In this document: positions 19,562-28,845 of the stretch, piece by piece
How positions within the stretch are numbered: the stretch's first letter is position 1
How the letters are laid out: each line of letters begins with the position of its first letter
Origin: Planctomycetota bacterium
GTDB taxonomy: Bacteria > Planctomycetota > B15-G4
Assembly: GCA_965248575.1 (NCBI GenBank)
Contig: CBDFJQ010000002.1
Coordinates: 2,240,001-2,304,000 of the forward strand
Direction: 5' to 3'
Length of the DNA: 64,000 nt
The notes under the pieces: generated by a model
What the model was told of the DNA's origin: nothing
What the model saw: the letters and a program-made list of their open reading frames with translations, nothing else
The model's database searches: none
Made by a program: the position numbers and the translations under genes

Positions 19562-21847
19562 ATGACGATCACTCCACCCAGCCCAATCGCTGAGAGTTCG
19601 GCGCTCGGAGCTCCAGGAACGCGACGCATTTCCTTGGCTCGGGATCCAGGGATCTGGGCGCTCGCCATCTCCACGATCATGGTCGTTGTGCCGTATTGTG
19701 TCCCCGTCCTGTCCCCTGAGTACTTCGAGTCCTTCGCCTCGAACGATGGCTACTTCCCCGTGCTTGCAGGCGCCATCTTCGCCATTCTCTGGGGAGTTCG
19801 GAAACTGCCAGGCCCCGCTGAGCGCAGATTCTGGGGATGGATGGCCGTGGCCATGGCAGCAATGTTCGCGATCTCTCTCGAGTACGGCGGCCACCTGATC
19901 AGTGCTGTTCCCGGCGGTCTGGACGTCGACCTCCTTTACCTCTTGGTCTACGCCGCCCTGTTCCTCTCGGTGAACTCATCGCCGGGCCACAGGCCGACAC
20001 TTTCAGGGGCCGGTCGGCTGCGCTTGCTCCAGGTCTCTTCGGCCGCGGTCTTCCTCATCTCTGTCTTCGCGTACTTCGTGCTGATTCCGATCTCGCTATC
20101 GCCAGAGACGGACACGAGCTACGTGCCTCGTTTCGCCATGTATGTGACGTTCGACCTGTTTCTGTTTGCGTCGTTCTTCAACCAGTTCAGGCTCGCCCGC
20201 AGGTCACGCGCACGAGTGATCTGTGGTCTGTTCACGATCGTCACGCTCACTTGGGCGGCCTTGGATTTCTCGGAGTTGCTGTACTTCCAAGGATCTTTGG
20301 CTTTTCCAGATCCAGGGACGCCACTGGATCTCCTCTGGTACATCCCGATCCTGATGATCGGCGTCGCCGCGAGACTGCGCCATCGCTATCTCCCCGAAAG
20401 CGAGCCGGATGGAGTCGACCAGTACTCCACGGTCAGTGCGCTGTTCATCTATCCAGTCGTGCTTCCAGCTCTGCACTTCGGCGCCAACCTGACCGGCGTT
20501 TCCGAAGTCGCGACTCGAGAGGCTCTGGACCTGCTCGTTCTCACCTCGCTGCTCGTCCTGTACGGTCTCGCATTCCTGCACCAGCGGCTCGTTCAGGTGA
20601 TGGCCGGCAGGCTCGCGGCTGATCAGCGCGCCCTGGAAGAGCGCCTGGCCCTCTCCAAGAAGCTGGAGGCACTGGGAGGGTTGGCCAGTGGGATCGCCCA
20701 CGACTTCAACAATGTGCTCGCGTCGATCATGGGGCACGGGGAACTGCTCCGGCTCAGGGCGAGTGCTGATTCACGAGTCCAACACAACGTCGACCTGATC
20801 CTCGACGGTGCGGAGAAGGGCAAGCGCCTGGTAGCCCAGATCCTGACTTTCAGTCAGATGCGTGAATTGCATCGTAGCCCGGTCTCGCTCGCAGGTGCCG
20901 TGAAGGACTCGCTTGAGCTGCTGGGGCCCACGACCCCGGCCAACGTGGCCATCCACACGCGGTTCGAGTCCGATCGCGTCTTCGTCGAGGCCGAAGAGAT
21001 CCAAGTGCATCAGGTGGTCGCGAACCTGATCCAGAACGCATGTCAGGCCGTCGAGAACCAAGGCGGAGAGGTCTTCGTCGAGGTCTACCCCGAGCAGGCT
21101 TCGCGTGCCCTCGCACCTCGCCAAAACGAAGATTCGAGTCGAGGCTTCGCGGTCCTCTCGGTGAGGGATACGGGACCGGGCATGACCGCCGACGTGTGTG
21201 AGCGGAGCTTCGATCCGTTCTACTCGACGAAGGAAGTCGGGCAGGGCACCGGCCTCGGGTTGGCAGTCGTCCACCGCATCGTGACCGCCCACGGTGGCAC
21301 GGTCGATGTGGAGACCACACCGGGCACAGGGACCAGGTTCAGCGTGCGTTTGCCCTTGTCCCAAGAGACCGCCGCCGAGCCCTTCCCCGAAGCAAGCACC
21401 ACTCCCAAGGGCAGCAGGGCCAACCGACGCGTGTTGGTCGTCGACGATGAGCCCGCCGTGGCGGACCTGATGGAGAGCATCCTGGGGCTGCACGGCTACG
21501 AGGTCGAGACCTACCTCGATCCCGAGCGGGCCTTGACCGCCTTCCGCCGCAATCCCGAACAGTTCGACGCTCTGGTCACCGACCAGCGCATGCCCGGGCT
21601 CACCGGGCTGCAGTTGGTTGAATCCATTCGGCGCATCTCGCCCGATCTCCCCGTCCTGCTCGTGACGGGCAATCCCGGCTCCGTGCTCGGAGAGCAAGCG
21701 GGGCACGCAACCGTCGAGGATGTCCTGGCCAAGCCCTTCAGGAGCGCCGATCTCGGTCGCGCCATGGAAGACTTGTTTATGCAGAAGGCGGACCGACCTT
21801 GCCTGAACGGCCCTGAACCGGCCATGAACCGTCAGCGGCAGACGTAG
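19562..21847 (+). CDS. Membrane-bound hybrid sensor histidine kinase / response regulator
   Basis: Multi-TM N-terminus; H-box GIAHDFNN, N-box NLIQNA, DTGPGM, PFYSTK, GTGLGL; receiver VVDDE..TDQRMP..T..KPF. Confidence 0.93.
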   Translation: MTITPPSPIAESSALGAPGTRRISLARDPGIWALAISTIMVVVPYCVPVLSPEYFESFASNDGYFPVLAGAIFAILWGVRKLPGPAERRFWGWMAVAMAAMFAISLEYGGHLISAVPGGLDVDLLYLLVYAALFLSVNSSPGHRPTLSGAGRLRLLQVSSAAVFLISVFAYFVLIPISLSPETDTSYVPRFAMYVTFDLFLFASFFNQFRLARRSRARVICGLFTIVTLTWAALDFSELLYFQGSLAFPDPGTPLDLLWYIPILMIGVAARLRHRYLPESEPDGVDQYSTVSALFIYPVVLPALHFGANLTGVSEVATREALDLLVLTSLLVLYGLAFLHQRLVQVMAGRLAADQRALEERLALSKKLEALGGLASGIAHDFNNVLASIMGHGELLRLRASADSRVQHNVDLILDGAEKGKRLVAQILTFSQMRELHRSPVSLAGAVKDSLELLGPTTPANVAIHTRFESDRVFVEAEEIQVHQVVANLIQNACQAVENQGGEVFVEVYPEQASRALAPRQNEDSSRGFAVLSVRDTGPGMTADVCERSFDPFYSTKEVGQGTGLGLAVVHRIVTAHGGTVDVETTPGTGTRFSVRLPLSQETAAEPFPEASTTPKGSRANRRVLVVDDEPAVADLMESILGLHGYEVETYLDPERALTAFRRNPEQFDALVTDQRMPGLTGLQLVESIRRISPDLPVLLVTGNPGSVLGEQAGHATVEDVLAKPFRSADLGRAMEDLFMQKADRPCLNGPEPAMNRQRQT

Positions 21848-22584
21848 ATGGCGTTGATGTCGTCGCGGTCCAGCAGCGGATTGTAGAACGTCACGGCGTG
21901 CGCCTCGACGGCACCGAACTCCTGACCCAGGCGCTGCGTGAACGCGTCCTCCGGCGGCTCGAACGACCACAGCGCAAAGACGCCACCGGGCTTCAGCTGC
22001 GCGATCAGACGCTGCAGCCCCTGCGGCTGATAGAAGTCGGCGTGGCTGCTGTGTAACAGGCCGCCGGGTGAGTGGTCGATGTCAAGCAACACCGCGTCGA
22101 AACGACGCCCCGGCCGGGTCGTGTCGAAGCCCACCGTCTCCTGACGCGCCAGCTCGAAGAAGTCCGCGTGCACCAGGCGACAGCGGGCATCCCCAGTGAG
22201 CACTGCGCCCAGCGGCACCAGCCCGCGCTCGTGCCAGGCGATGACCTCCGATAGGGAATCGATGACCGTCACCGACGCCACGCCGGTCTGCTCCAGCGCC
22301 GCCGCGGCGGTGTAGCCGAGCCCCAAGCCGCCCACGACCACATCCAGCTCACGCCCCTCACCGGCCCCATCATCGCACCCATCGACGCCCAGCCCCTGCC
22401 CGGCCAGCCCGAGCTCCGCCAGGGCGATCTCCGATTGGTTCACCAGGCTGGACATGAGGAAATCCCCGTCCAGCTTCACCTCGTAGAACTCCTCCCCGCC
22501 CAGCGACAACGCGCGACGCTTGCGCAGGATCAGCTCGCCATAAGGGGTCTCGGCGTGGTCCAGTTCCTGGAAGTTGAGGCTCAT
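21832..22584 (-). CDS. Spermidine-synthase-like SAM-binding protein
   Basis: FLMSS, SEIALA, VVVGGLGLGYT, LLDIDHSP, LKPGGVFALWS. Confidence 0.85.
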   Translation of the reverse strand: MSLNFQELDHAETPYGELILRKRRALSLGGEEFYEVKLDGDFLMSSLVNQSEIALAELGLAGQGLGVDGCDDGAGEGRELDVVVGGLGLGYTAAAALEQTGVASVTVIDSLSEVIAWHERGLVPLGAVLTGDARCRLVHADFFELARQETVGFDTTRPGRRFDAVLLDIDHSPGGLLHSSHADFYQPQGLQRLIAQLKPGGVFALWSFEPPEDAFTQRLGQEFGAVEAHAVTFYNPLLDRDDINAIYVCR

Positions 22585-22729
22585 GATGCAGGGGGCTCGT
22601 GGGGACGCGCTGGGAAAAGCTGCGGGGCGTCGCCTCACCCTACCCACTCCAGCGGTTCCAGATCGCGATCCGCACCCACGTGCCGTTGCACGAGCACCCG
22701 CGAGTTCTCGTGGTACGTCAGGAGCAGTG

Positions 22730-22860
22730 CGCGAGGTTTTCGGCGACCAGCCGCGGGGGCGCGAAGGGACGCTTGCAGGAGGCAAAGTCGAGCGGTGGCT
22801 GTGGACAGCCGTGGGTCGTCGCCGGGTGAATTGGTCAAGCCGAGCAAGGGGCGCTACGGC
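22730..22860 (-). mobile_element. Degenerate 5' end of integrase-core transposase
   Basis: Reverse strand LSTATARLCLLQASLRA / LVAENLA; DNA similar to 7646-7697. Confidence 0.6.
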
Positions 22861-23240
22861 GGCCAAAGTGGGTGCTGAGCGAGCCGGACGACCGATTCGG
22901 GACCTACACGTTCTCACGGGAGAAGCGCGTGTTTCTTAACGGGAACGTCTTGTCCCAGAGCCTCGTGCGGCGGCCCTGTTCACAAAGTACGAGCTGGGCT
23001 ATGGTGCTTTGAGTCCGAGGCTTGGGGATCGGACAGCGTCATCATCAAGGGAGCGGGGGCTGCCATGATCAGCATCGGGAGAAGGATCGGGTTCGGGAAC
23101 GGCGAGCGACGGCCACGCCTCGCGCGTGTCGTCCTTCCGCCGGACAGTCGCACCGGGGCGCTTGACGTTCACGGCGGCGCGCACCCACCGAGGCCCCGCA
23201 CGCGATGGACTCGTCAGCCCATCCAAAGGGAGAGGACACA

Positions 23241-24125
23241 ATGACTGTGATAGGCGCCCTGATCGGGGTCATGTTTGGTGCGTTTTCCGGACTGCTGCTG
23301 ACGTCCCTCTTGATCTTGGGCCAGCCGATCCCCGGCTTTCTCGCACCCTTCCAGTCACTCGCCAACGCCCTCGTCGGTCTCCTGCCGGGCTTTCCCGTTC
23401 CGCTGGCTTTCCTGACCTGGTACGTCTTCAACACCTTCGTGTTTTGGATCCTGTCGATCTTTGCACAGGCGTCCACCGGGCTCACGAGTAATGCCAGCCC
23501 TGCACCGACCGCGAACCCGATCCCCCCGACGGGGACACAGAATTTCTTCCGTGGTTTCGGCCATGGTTCTGCAGGGACCATGAACCTCGCCATCTTCAGC
23601 CCGTTCCTGGCACTTCTACCGCTGTTGATCCTGGGGATCGCCTCCACGCTACCCCTGCTGGCGGTCGTCCCGGCCATTCGCCGGAACGTGTTCTTCCAAG
23701 GTGTCATCTCGTGGATGAGCTGGTTGATGCCCATTCACTGGTTCGGCAACTCCGTGGGCATGCTGATCTACCTCGTGTTCCGCGGCGTCGGCATCTTCAC
23801 GGGAACGCCGGGTCGGGTCCGCCTCGACCTCACGTCAGGCATCATCGAGTCCAGCGCCCCGGCACCGGTGACCGCTTTCAACGTCGCGGTTTTCACCTAC
23901 TTAGGTCCCGCTAACCCTCCGGGCCCTTTCTTGGGGGCGAACGTCTCCTCGCACGAGGTGGGGCACGCCATCAACTCAGCGGCCATGACGCCGTTCTACA
24001 CCTGGGGAACGGTCATTGAGGAGTTCCGGCTCTTTGGTGGCCCCGTCCAGTTCTCCATCGGTCAACAGACTGCCGAGAGTCGCGGGGCCCCTCGGCCAGG
24101 AGCCCTGTTCTCGGCGATGTGGTAA
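23241..24125 (+). CDS. Hydrophobic membrane protein with HEXXH motif
   Basis: GAGG RBS; Gly-zipper-like N-terminus (GALIGVMFGAFSG), several TM segments, SHEVGH followed by IEE and TAES. Confidence 0.8.
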   Translation: MTVIGALIGVMFGAFSGLLLTSLLILGQPIPGFLAPFQSLANALVGLLPGFPVPLAFLTWYVFNTFVFWILSIFAQASTGLTSNASPAPTANPIPPTGTQNFFRGFGHGSAGTMNLAIFSPFLALLPLLILGIASTLPLLAVVPAIRRNVFFQGVISWMSWLMPIHWFGNSVGMLIYLVFRGVGIFTGTPGRVRLDLTSGIIESSAPAPVTAFNVAVFTYLGPANPPGPFLGANVSSHEVGHAINSAAMTPFYTWGTVIEEFRLFGGPVQFSIGQQTAESRGAPRPGALFSAMW

Positions 24126-24143
24126 CCAAAGGAGGGCTAGACC

Positions 24144-25634
24144 ATGTGCGAATTCTCTGATCTCCAGGCCGGAGGCACGGACCTGGATGCCAACGACCTG
24201 CCGACCGTCATCGTGGCCATTGGCCGGGTGACGCTTGATTGCGCCTCCGTGATCGTGCAGATCCGGGACGATGTGGGCACACTCATTCTCGACACCGTCG
24301 TCTCGCCCGAGAGCGCCGTCAACGAAGTCAACGGAGTCCAGAAGAGAGTCGTCCGCGCCTCCGTCGACAGCTCCAACCTGAACATTGCCTGCGCTGACCG
24401 CGTCACGATCACCATGACGTGCGAGTCAGACCCCAGTTGCACACTGAGCGGGACGTTCGAAGTCGTCTGCAAGCCCGCGCCAGATTCATCCTGCCCGGAC
24501 GCCAACGCTCTCGACCTCACCTTGACGACCAACGGTGTGGTGATCACGACGGACTCGGAGTGCGCTCCGCCCGGCAGCTATTCGGCCGAAGTGACGGGCG
24601 TCCCCTCGGGCAGTCAGATCTACTGGTCGCTGGACCTGGACGACACGGTCTCCGACCTCGGTTCCACAAACCCCACCAGCTTCAATCTGCCGCCGGGGAG
24701 CGACCCGGCCATTGTTTCCGTCACGGTGATCACCCCTGGGTGCCCCCCCATCACGCGTGCGTTTTCGCTGCCCGACAGGCAGGAGGGTCCCTGCCCAGAG
24801 AGCGTCAGCTTTGAAGTTCGTCGAGAAGGCGTGTTGGTCACGACGACGGATGATCTGCCAAGCGGGACCTACCAGGTCACGATTCTCTCACCCGTCGCCT
24901 CGGGCAGCACCTACACCTTCCAGGATGACACCGGCATCGTGCAGAGCGGCAGCTCAGCCAGCGCGAACCACATACTGATGGGCAATGGTGCCTCCCTGAC
25001 GATTCTAGTGACAGTGGTTGTTTCGGACTGCTGCCCCCCCGTCGTCGGGACGACGACGCTCACCAGCGCACCCACAGAGGAGGACCCGCCGGATGTCACA
25101 CCTCCCGGCGGCAATGGCGACCCCAATGGCGACCCCAACGGCGACCCCAACGGCGACCCCAACGGCGACCCCAACGGCGACCCCAACGGCGATCCCAACG
25201 GCGATCCCAACGGCGATCCCAACGGCAACGATGACGACGACGATCCCTGGGAGTGGCCCAGCCTCTGCGGCTGGCTCTATGCGCTGCTGATGCTCGCGGT
25301 GCTGGCCTTCATCGGCCTGTGGATCGCCTCCTTCACGACATTCCCGGCCAGCACAGCAGTCTGGGTCGCGCTGGGCGTTGTGTTTGCCGTCGTGCTGCTC
25401 GCCTTGGCGCTCTACGCCACTGTCTGCAACGCCAACTCGTGTCGTAGGCTGCGCATCCTCGGCTGGATGTTCGCCTGGTCAGCCCTGGGCTGCATCGTCG
25501 CCTGGGTCGTCAGCGCCTTCACGATCTGGTTCCTGCTGGTAGGCGCCTTGGTGGCGGGCCTGGTCTGCATCGTCATTGGCATGCGTCTCGCCCAGCAGAA
25601 CTGCGACTCGCTGGACCTGTTCGCATGGCCGTGA
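24144..25634 (+). CDS. Cys-rich, Ig-like-repeat protein with (NGDP)9 linker and four C-terminal TM helices
   Basis: GGAGG RBS 18 nt after the previous stop; no signal peptide; repeated PxGxYxxxV..P and (C)CPP motifs; hydrophobic C-terminus. Confidence 0.8.
   Translation: MCEFSDLQAGGTDLDANDLPTVIVAIGRVTLDCASVIVQIRDDVGTLILDTVVSPESAVNEVNGVQKRVVRASVDSSNLNIACADRVTITMTCESDPSCTLSGTFEVVCKPAPDSSCPDANALDLTLTTNGVVITTDSECAPPGSYSAEVTGVPSGSQIYWSLDLDDTVSDLGSTNPTSFNLPPGSDPAIVSVTVITPGCPPITRAFSLPDRQEGPCPESVSFEVRREGVLVTTTDDLPSGTYQVTILSPVASGSTYTFQDDTGIVQSGSSASANHILMGNGASLTILVTVVVSDCCPPVVGTTTLTSAPTEEDPPDVTPPGGNGDPNGDPNGDPNGDPNGDPNGDPNGDPNGDPNGDPNGNDDDDDPWEWPSLCGWLYALLMLAVLAFIGLWIASFTTFPASTAVWVALGVVFAVVLLALALYATVCNANSCRRLRILGWMFAWSALGCIVAWVVSAFTIWFLLVGALVAGLVCIVIGMRLAQQNCDSLDLFAWP
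25113..25226 (+). repeat. 12-bp coding tandem repeat, 9.5 copies (NGDP)
   Basis: aatggcgacccc x2, aacggcgacccc x4, aacggcgatccc x3, then aacggc. Confidence 0.97.
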
Positions 25635-25648
25635 CAGCGCGCTATTAG

Positions 25649-25830
25649 TTGTGTGGGAATGGCGCTTGGCGCTACGACGGTAAGTCGCTTCGAGACTTCA
25701 CGGAGAAAGATGGGCTGACGAACGAAGACAACCTGGACTTCTACTGCGACAGTCGCGGCGATCTGTGGGTTGGAGGCGCTGGCGTCGTAAGGTCCAACGG
25801 CGAGTCCTTCGACCGGGTCCAGTCTCCCTC
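25649..25830 (+). pseudogene. Fragment of a two-component-regulator-propeller repeat protein
   Basis: GNGAWRYDGKSLRDFTEKDGL...DSRGDLWVG..GVVR matches one to two blades; no signal peptide or rest of gene. Confidence 0.7.
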
Positions 25831-25979
25831 AGAGCCAATGGCGAGTATTCGGAGGGCGGTTCGCTCGGGCCGCCCGCAATCACAATCGCCTGTTTGAGGT
25901 CCATCGAGTCACCACCCGCACCAGTGCGCCCCCACATGGCATCCTGGCGCCCACCGAACACCCCGGGGAGAACCACGCC

Positions 25980-27380
25980 ATGAACGCCTCCTACGTTGCA
26001 ACAGCGCTCGCCGTCACGCTGCTCGCCTTCAGCCTGGCCCCGCCCGCAGGCACTCCCCTCAGCGACCCACTCCCCGACATCCCCGCCGGACCGTACGAGG
26101 TCCGCCTCGAAACCGTCGCGTCGGGCCTCATGTTCCCCACCCATGCCGTGGCGCCACCTGACGGCAGCGACCGGCTCTTCGTATGCCTCGTCAACGGCAT
26201 CGTTCGCGTGGTGGAGGACGGCGTGTTGCTGCCGACTCCCTTCGTGGACTTGTCGGCGGACTTCTTCTCCAACAACGGCAGCGCCATGTCGAGCCTGGCG
26301 TTCCACCCGGAGTTTGCGACGAATCGTCTGCTGTACGTGATCCTCACCGAGAGCAAGTCGCCGCTGCTGGCCGACTTCGGGGTGCAGAGCAGCGTGGCGC
26401 ATCAAAGCGTGCTCTACGAACTGCGCGCACTGGATGACGCCCCCGCGCCCGGCAGCAACCTGTTCGACCCAGCCTCCCGTCGCGAACTGCTGCGCATCAA
26501 CGAGGACAGCAGCATCCACAACCTCAACGCCCTGGCGTTCGGGCCCGACGGCTACCTGTACGCCAGCAAGGGCGACGACGAGACCGGCGGCCAGGACACC
26601 ACCACCATCCACGGCAACGTACTGCGCCTCGACGTGGACCGGCTACCGGCCAACCCGCTCAGCACAAACGGCGAGTACGCCATCCCCGCGGACAACCCCT
26701 TGGTGGGCGCGGGCGGCGGCGTTGTGGAGGAGATCTACGCCTACGGCTTCCGCAACCCGTGGCGCATGAGCTTCGACAAGCAGACCGGAGCGCTCTGGGT
26801 CGCCGACGTGGGTCAGGCCTTCATCGAGGAGATCGACGTGGTGCTGCCGGGCGGCAACCACGGCTGGCCCCACAAGGAAGGCTCCTTCGCCACCCTGCCG
26901 GGCCAGGCCGTCACCGACGACCTCTCCGGCCTCCCGCCCCTGCCCTTCGTGGACCCGCGCGGCGAGTACGACCACGGCCAATCGGACAACTCCATTACCG
27001 GCGGCGTGCTGTACCGCGGCTGGAACCTCGCGGAACTCACGGGGCAGTACCTCTTCGGCGACTGGATCTCCGGCCGCCTGTTCCACATGCACCCCCTCAC
27101 CGGCCAGATCCGCAGCCTCAGCATCGACCCGGCGGGCGCGACCATCCACGGCCAGCTGTCGGGCAGCCCGGTGGAGGGCATCATCAGCGTCAGCACCGAC
27201 GCGGCCGGCGAGCTGATCATCGTGGTCACGCAACGCAACATGACGTCCACCGGCCGCGTGTTGCGCGCGCGGCCAAAGATCTGGGTGACGCCCGGCGACC
27301 AAGGTGCGGGCGCGGCGACGCGTCCCGGTCAGGGCAGCGTGTCACCAGGGGCACCGGGCGTGCCTGTGTTGCAGCACTAG
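25980..27380 (+). CDS. PQQ-dependent glucose/sorbosone dehydrogenase family protein, secreted
   Basis: Signal peptide; LAFHPEF, HNLNALAFGPDGYLY, IPADNP, IYAYGFRNPWRMSFD, ADVGQ..EEID, GNHGWP, SITGG, YLFGD. Confidence 0.92.
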   Translation: MNASYVATALAVTLLAFSLAPPAGTPLSDPLPDIPAGPYEVRLETVASGLMFPTHAVAPPDGSDRLFVCLVNGIVRVVEDGVLLPTPFVDLSADFFSNNGSAMSSLAFHPEFATNRLLYVILTESKSPLLADFGVQSSVAHQSVLYELRALDDAPAPGSNLFDPASRRELLRINEDSSIHNLNALAFGPDGYLYASKGDDETGGQDTTTIHGNVLRLDVDRLPANPLSTNGEYAIPADNPLVGAGGGVVEEIYAYGFRNPWRMSFDKQTGALWVADVGQAFIEEIDVVLPGGNHGWPHKEGSFATLPGQAVTDDLSGLPPLPFVDPRGEYDHGQSDNSITGGVLYRGWNLAELTGQYLFGDWISGRLFHMHPLTGQIRSLSIDPAGATIHGQLSGSPVEGIISVSTDAAGELIIVVTQRNMTSTGRVLRARPKIWVTPGDQGAGAATRPGQGSVSPGAPGVPVLQH

Positions 27381-27554
27381 CACGCTCCTGCGCTCATGGT
27401 TCCCGCTGAAGGCGGTCGGATCGACGCTGCGGGACCCACACAGGTGAGGCCTAGCGTCAACGGTCGTGTGTGAGCCCGAGACATCCGTCCAAAAGAGCGA
27501 CACAGCGAAGGGAGGGTGCCGCCTGGATGCGCTCGATCTGGGCTCAGCTCGCAT

Positions 27555-27570
27555 CGGCACGGCGCTTGCA
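27555..27570 (+). promoter_or_regulatory. Putative sigma54 (-24/-12) promoter
   Basis: CGGCACGGCGCTTGCA vs consensus TGGCACG-N4-TTGCW: one mismatch, correct 10-nt GG-GC spacing, 90 nt upstream of ATG 27661. Confidence 0.65.
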
Positions 27571-27660
27571 GACCATTCTCCCAACGGAGAGCTCGCGCAC
27601 CCCCCACCACGCGTTGGTGGCGCGAGCGCCCAGCCACATCCATCGAGTGAGGCCAAGACG

Positions 27661-28845
27661 ATGTCCATCCGACTCAACGCTGCATGGCGCACTGCCCTGC
27701 TGATTGCCAGCATTCCCGCCACGCTCTGGGCCCAAGGTGCCGCGGACACCATGCACCTCACCGACGAGCCGGGGAACTGGTTTCGCAGCGATGCGACTGG
27801 TTCTCCGGTGAGCATCGTCGAGCCCGGGGATCGCGTCGACTTCAAGATTGGCAACTGCTGCACCAACACGCGGCACACGGTCACGATGATCGTAAGGCCC
27901 GAGGGCAGCACGGCCGACATCGACCAGGACAGCTCGCAGATGGGAACGCTCTCGGCCGAGTTCGACCTGCCGGGTGTGTACGTAATCATCTGCAAGGTGC
28001 ATCCCTACATGACGGCCGTGGTGGCCGTCACCGACTCCGCGGGCAACATCCCCGACGTCACCGCGGGATCGCTGCCCTACCTGGGGCATTTGGGAGTGGA
28101 CTCGCTGCCAGCCACCGATGTGCTCGCGGTCATGACCACTGTTGCCGCGACCGATGCGGACAAGCTGGCCAAGTGGGACATCCTGGGTCCGGACGACGTC
28201 GTGATCCCCAGCGTTCCTGGCGTTGGCGAAGTCTGGATCAACACGCAGTTCGAGACCGTGCCGGGTCAGGCGGACCCCGGGGGCGTGCTGAAGCCGGGCA
28301 CCATCACCGTCCTCGACGCGGCCAGCATGACGGTGGAGCGCGAGATCAACGGTCTCGCTGCAGACGGCATGTGGAACAACCCGCACAACATGTGGGCCGA
28401 CTTCAAGCTCGGCACGATCTACAACAGCAACTGGTTCGGCAAGTGGATCAACAAGATCGACCGCGAGAGCGGCGAGATCGTGGACAGCATCACCGTCGGT
28501 GAGGCGCCCACGCACATCATCACCATCCCCGTGCCGGGCTCGCCGGAGTTCGGCTGGCTCACCGTCCCGCTCAGCGCCGATAACGACATGGTCAAGGTGG
28601 AGGACCGGCCCGATGGGCTGAAGAAGCAGGACAGTGATCAAACCGGAGACGGTAAGACGCACCCCCACGGGCATTGGCTCAGCTGCGGGTTGGGTGACCG
28701 CGCCATCGTGCCCAATGTCTTCAAGGGCTTGGGACCGGCCGGTTCAATCAGCGTCATGGACACCATCAGTGGGCAGGTGCTGGCCGAGTTTGAATACGAC
28801 GCAGACGACCCGCTCCGCGCTGCTGATGCCACTGGCGGTTGGTGA
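27661..28845 (+). CDS. Secreted cupredoxin plus YncE-like beta-propeller protein, 5' part of a frameshifted gene
   Basis: Signal peptide; type-1 copper ligands RHTV...CKVHPYM; propeller blades NNPHN, APTH, HPHGH; protein-like sequence stops at ~28815. Confidence 0.82.
   Translation: MSIRLNAAWRTALLIASIPATLWAQGAADTMHLTDEPGNWFRSDATGSPVSIVEPGDRVDFKIGNCCTNTRHTVTMIVRPEGSTADIDQDSSQMGTLSAEFDLPGVYVIICKVHPYMTAVVAVTDSAGNIPDVTAGSLPYLGHLGVDSLPATDVLAVMTTVAATDADKLAKWDILGPDDVVIPSVPGVGEVWINTQFETVPGQADPGGVLKPGTITVLDAASMTVEREINGLAADGMWNNPHNMWADFKLGTIYNSNWFGKWINKIDRESGEIVDSITVGEAPTHIITIPVPGSPEFGWLTVPLSADNDMVKVEDRPDGLKKQDSDQTGDGKTHPHGHWLSCGLGDRAIVPNVFKGLGPAGSISVMDTISGQVLAEFEYDADDPLRAADATGGW

Noticed and set aside
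25113..25226. Repeat as a CRISPR array
   Set aside because: Contiguous 12-bp units with no spacers, in frame within a CDS; no cas genes.
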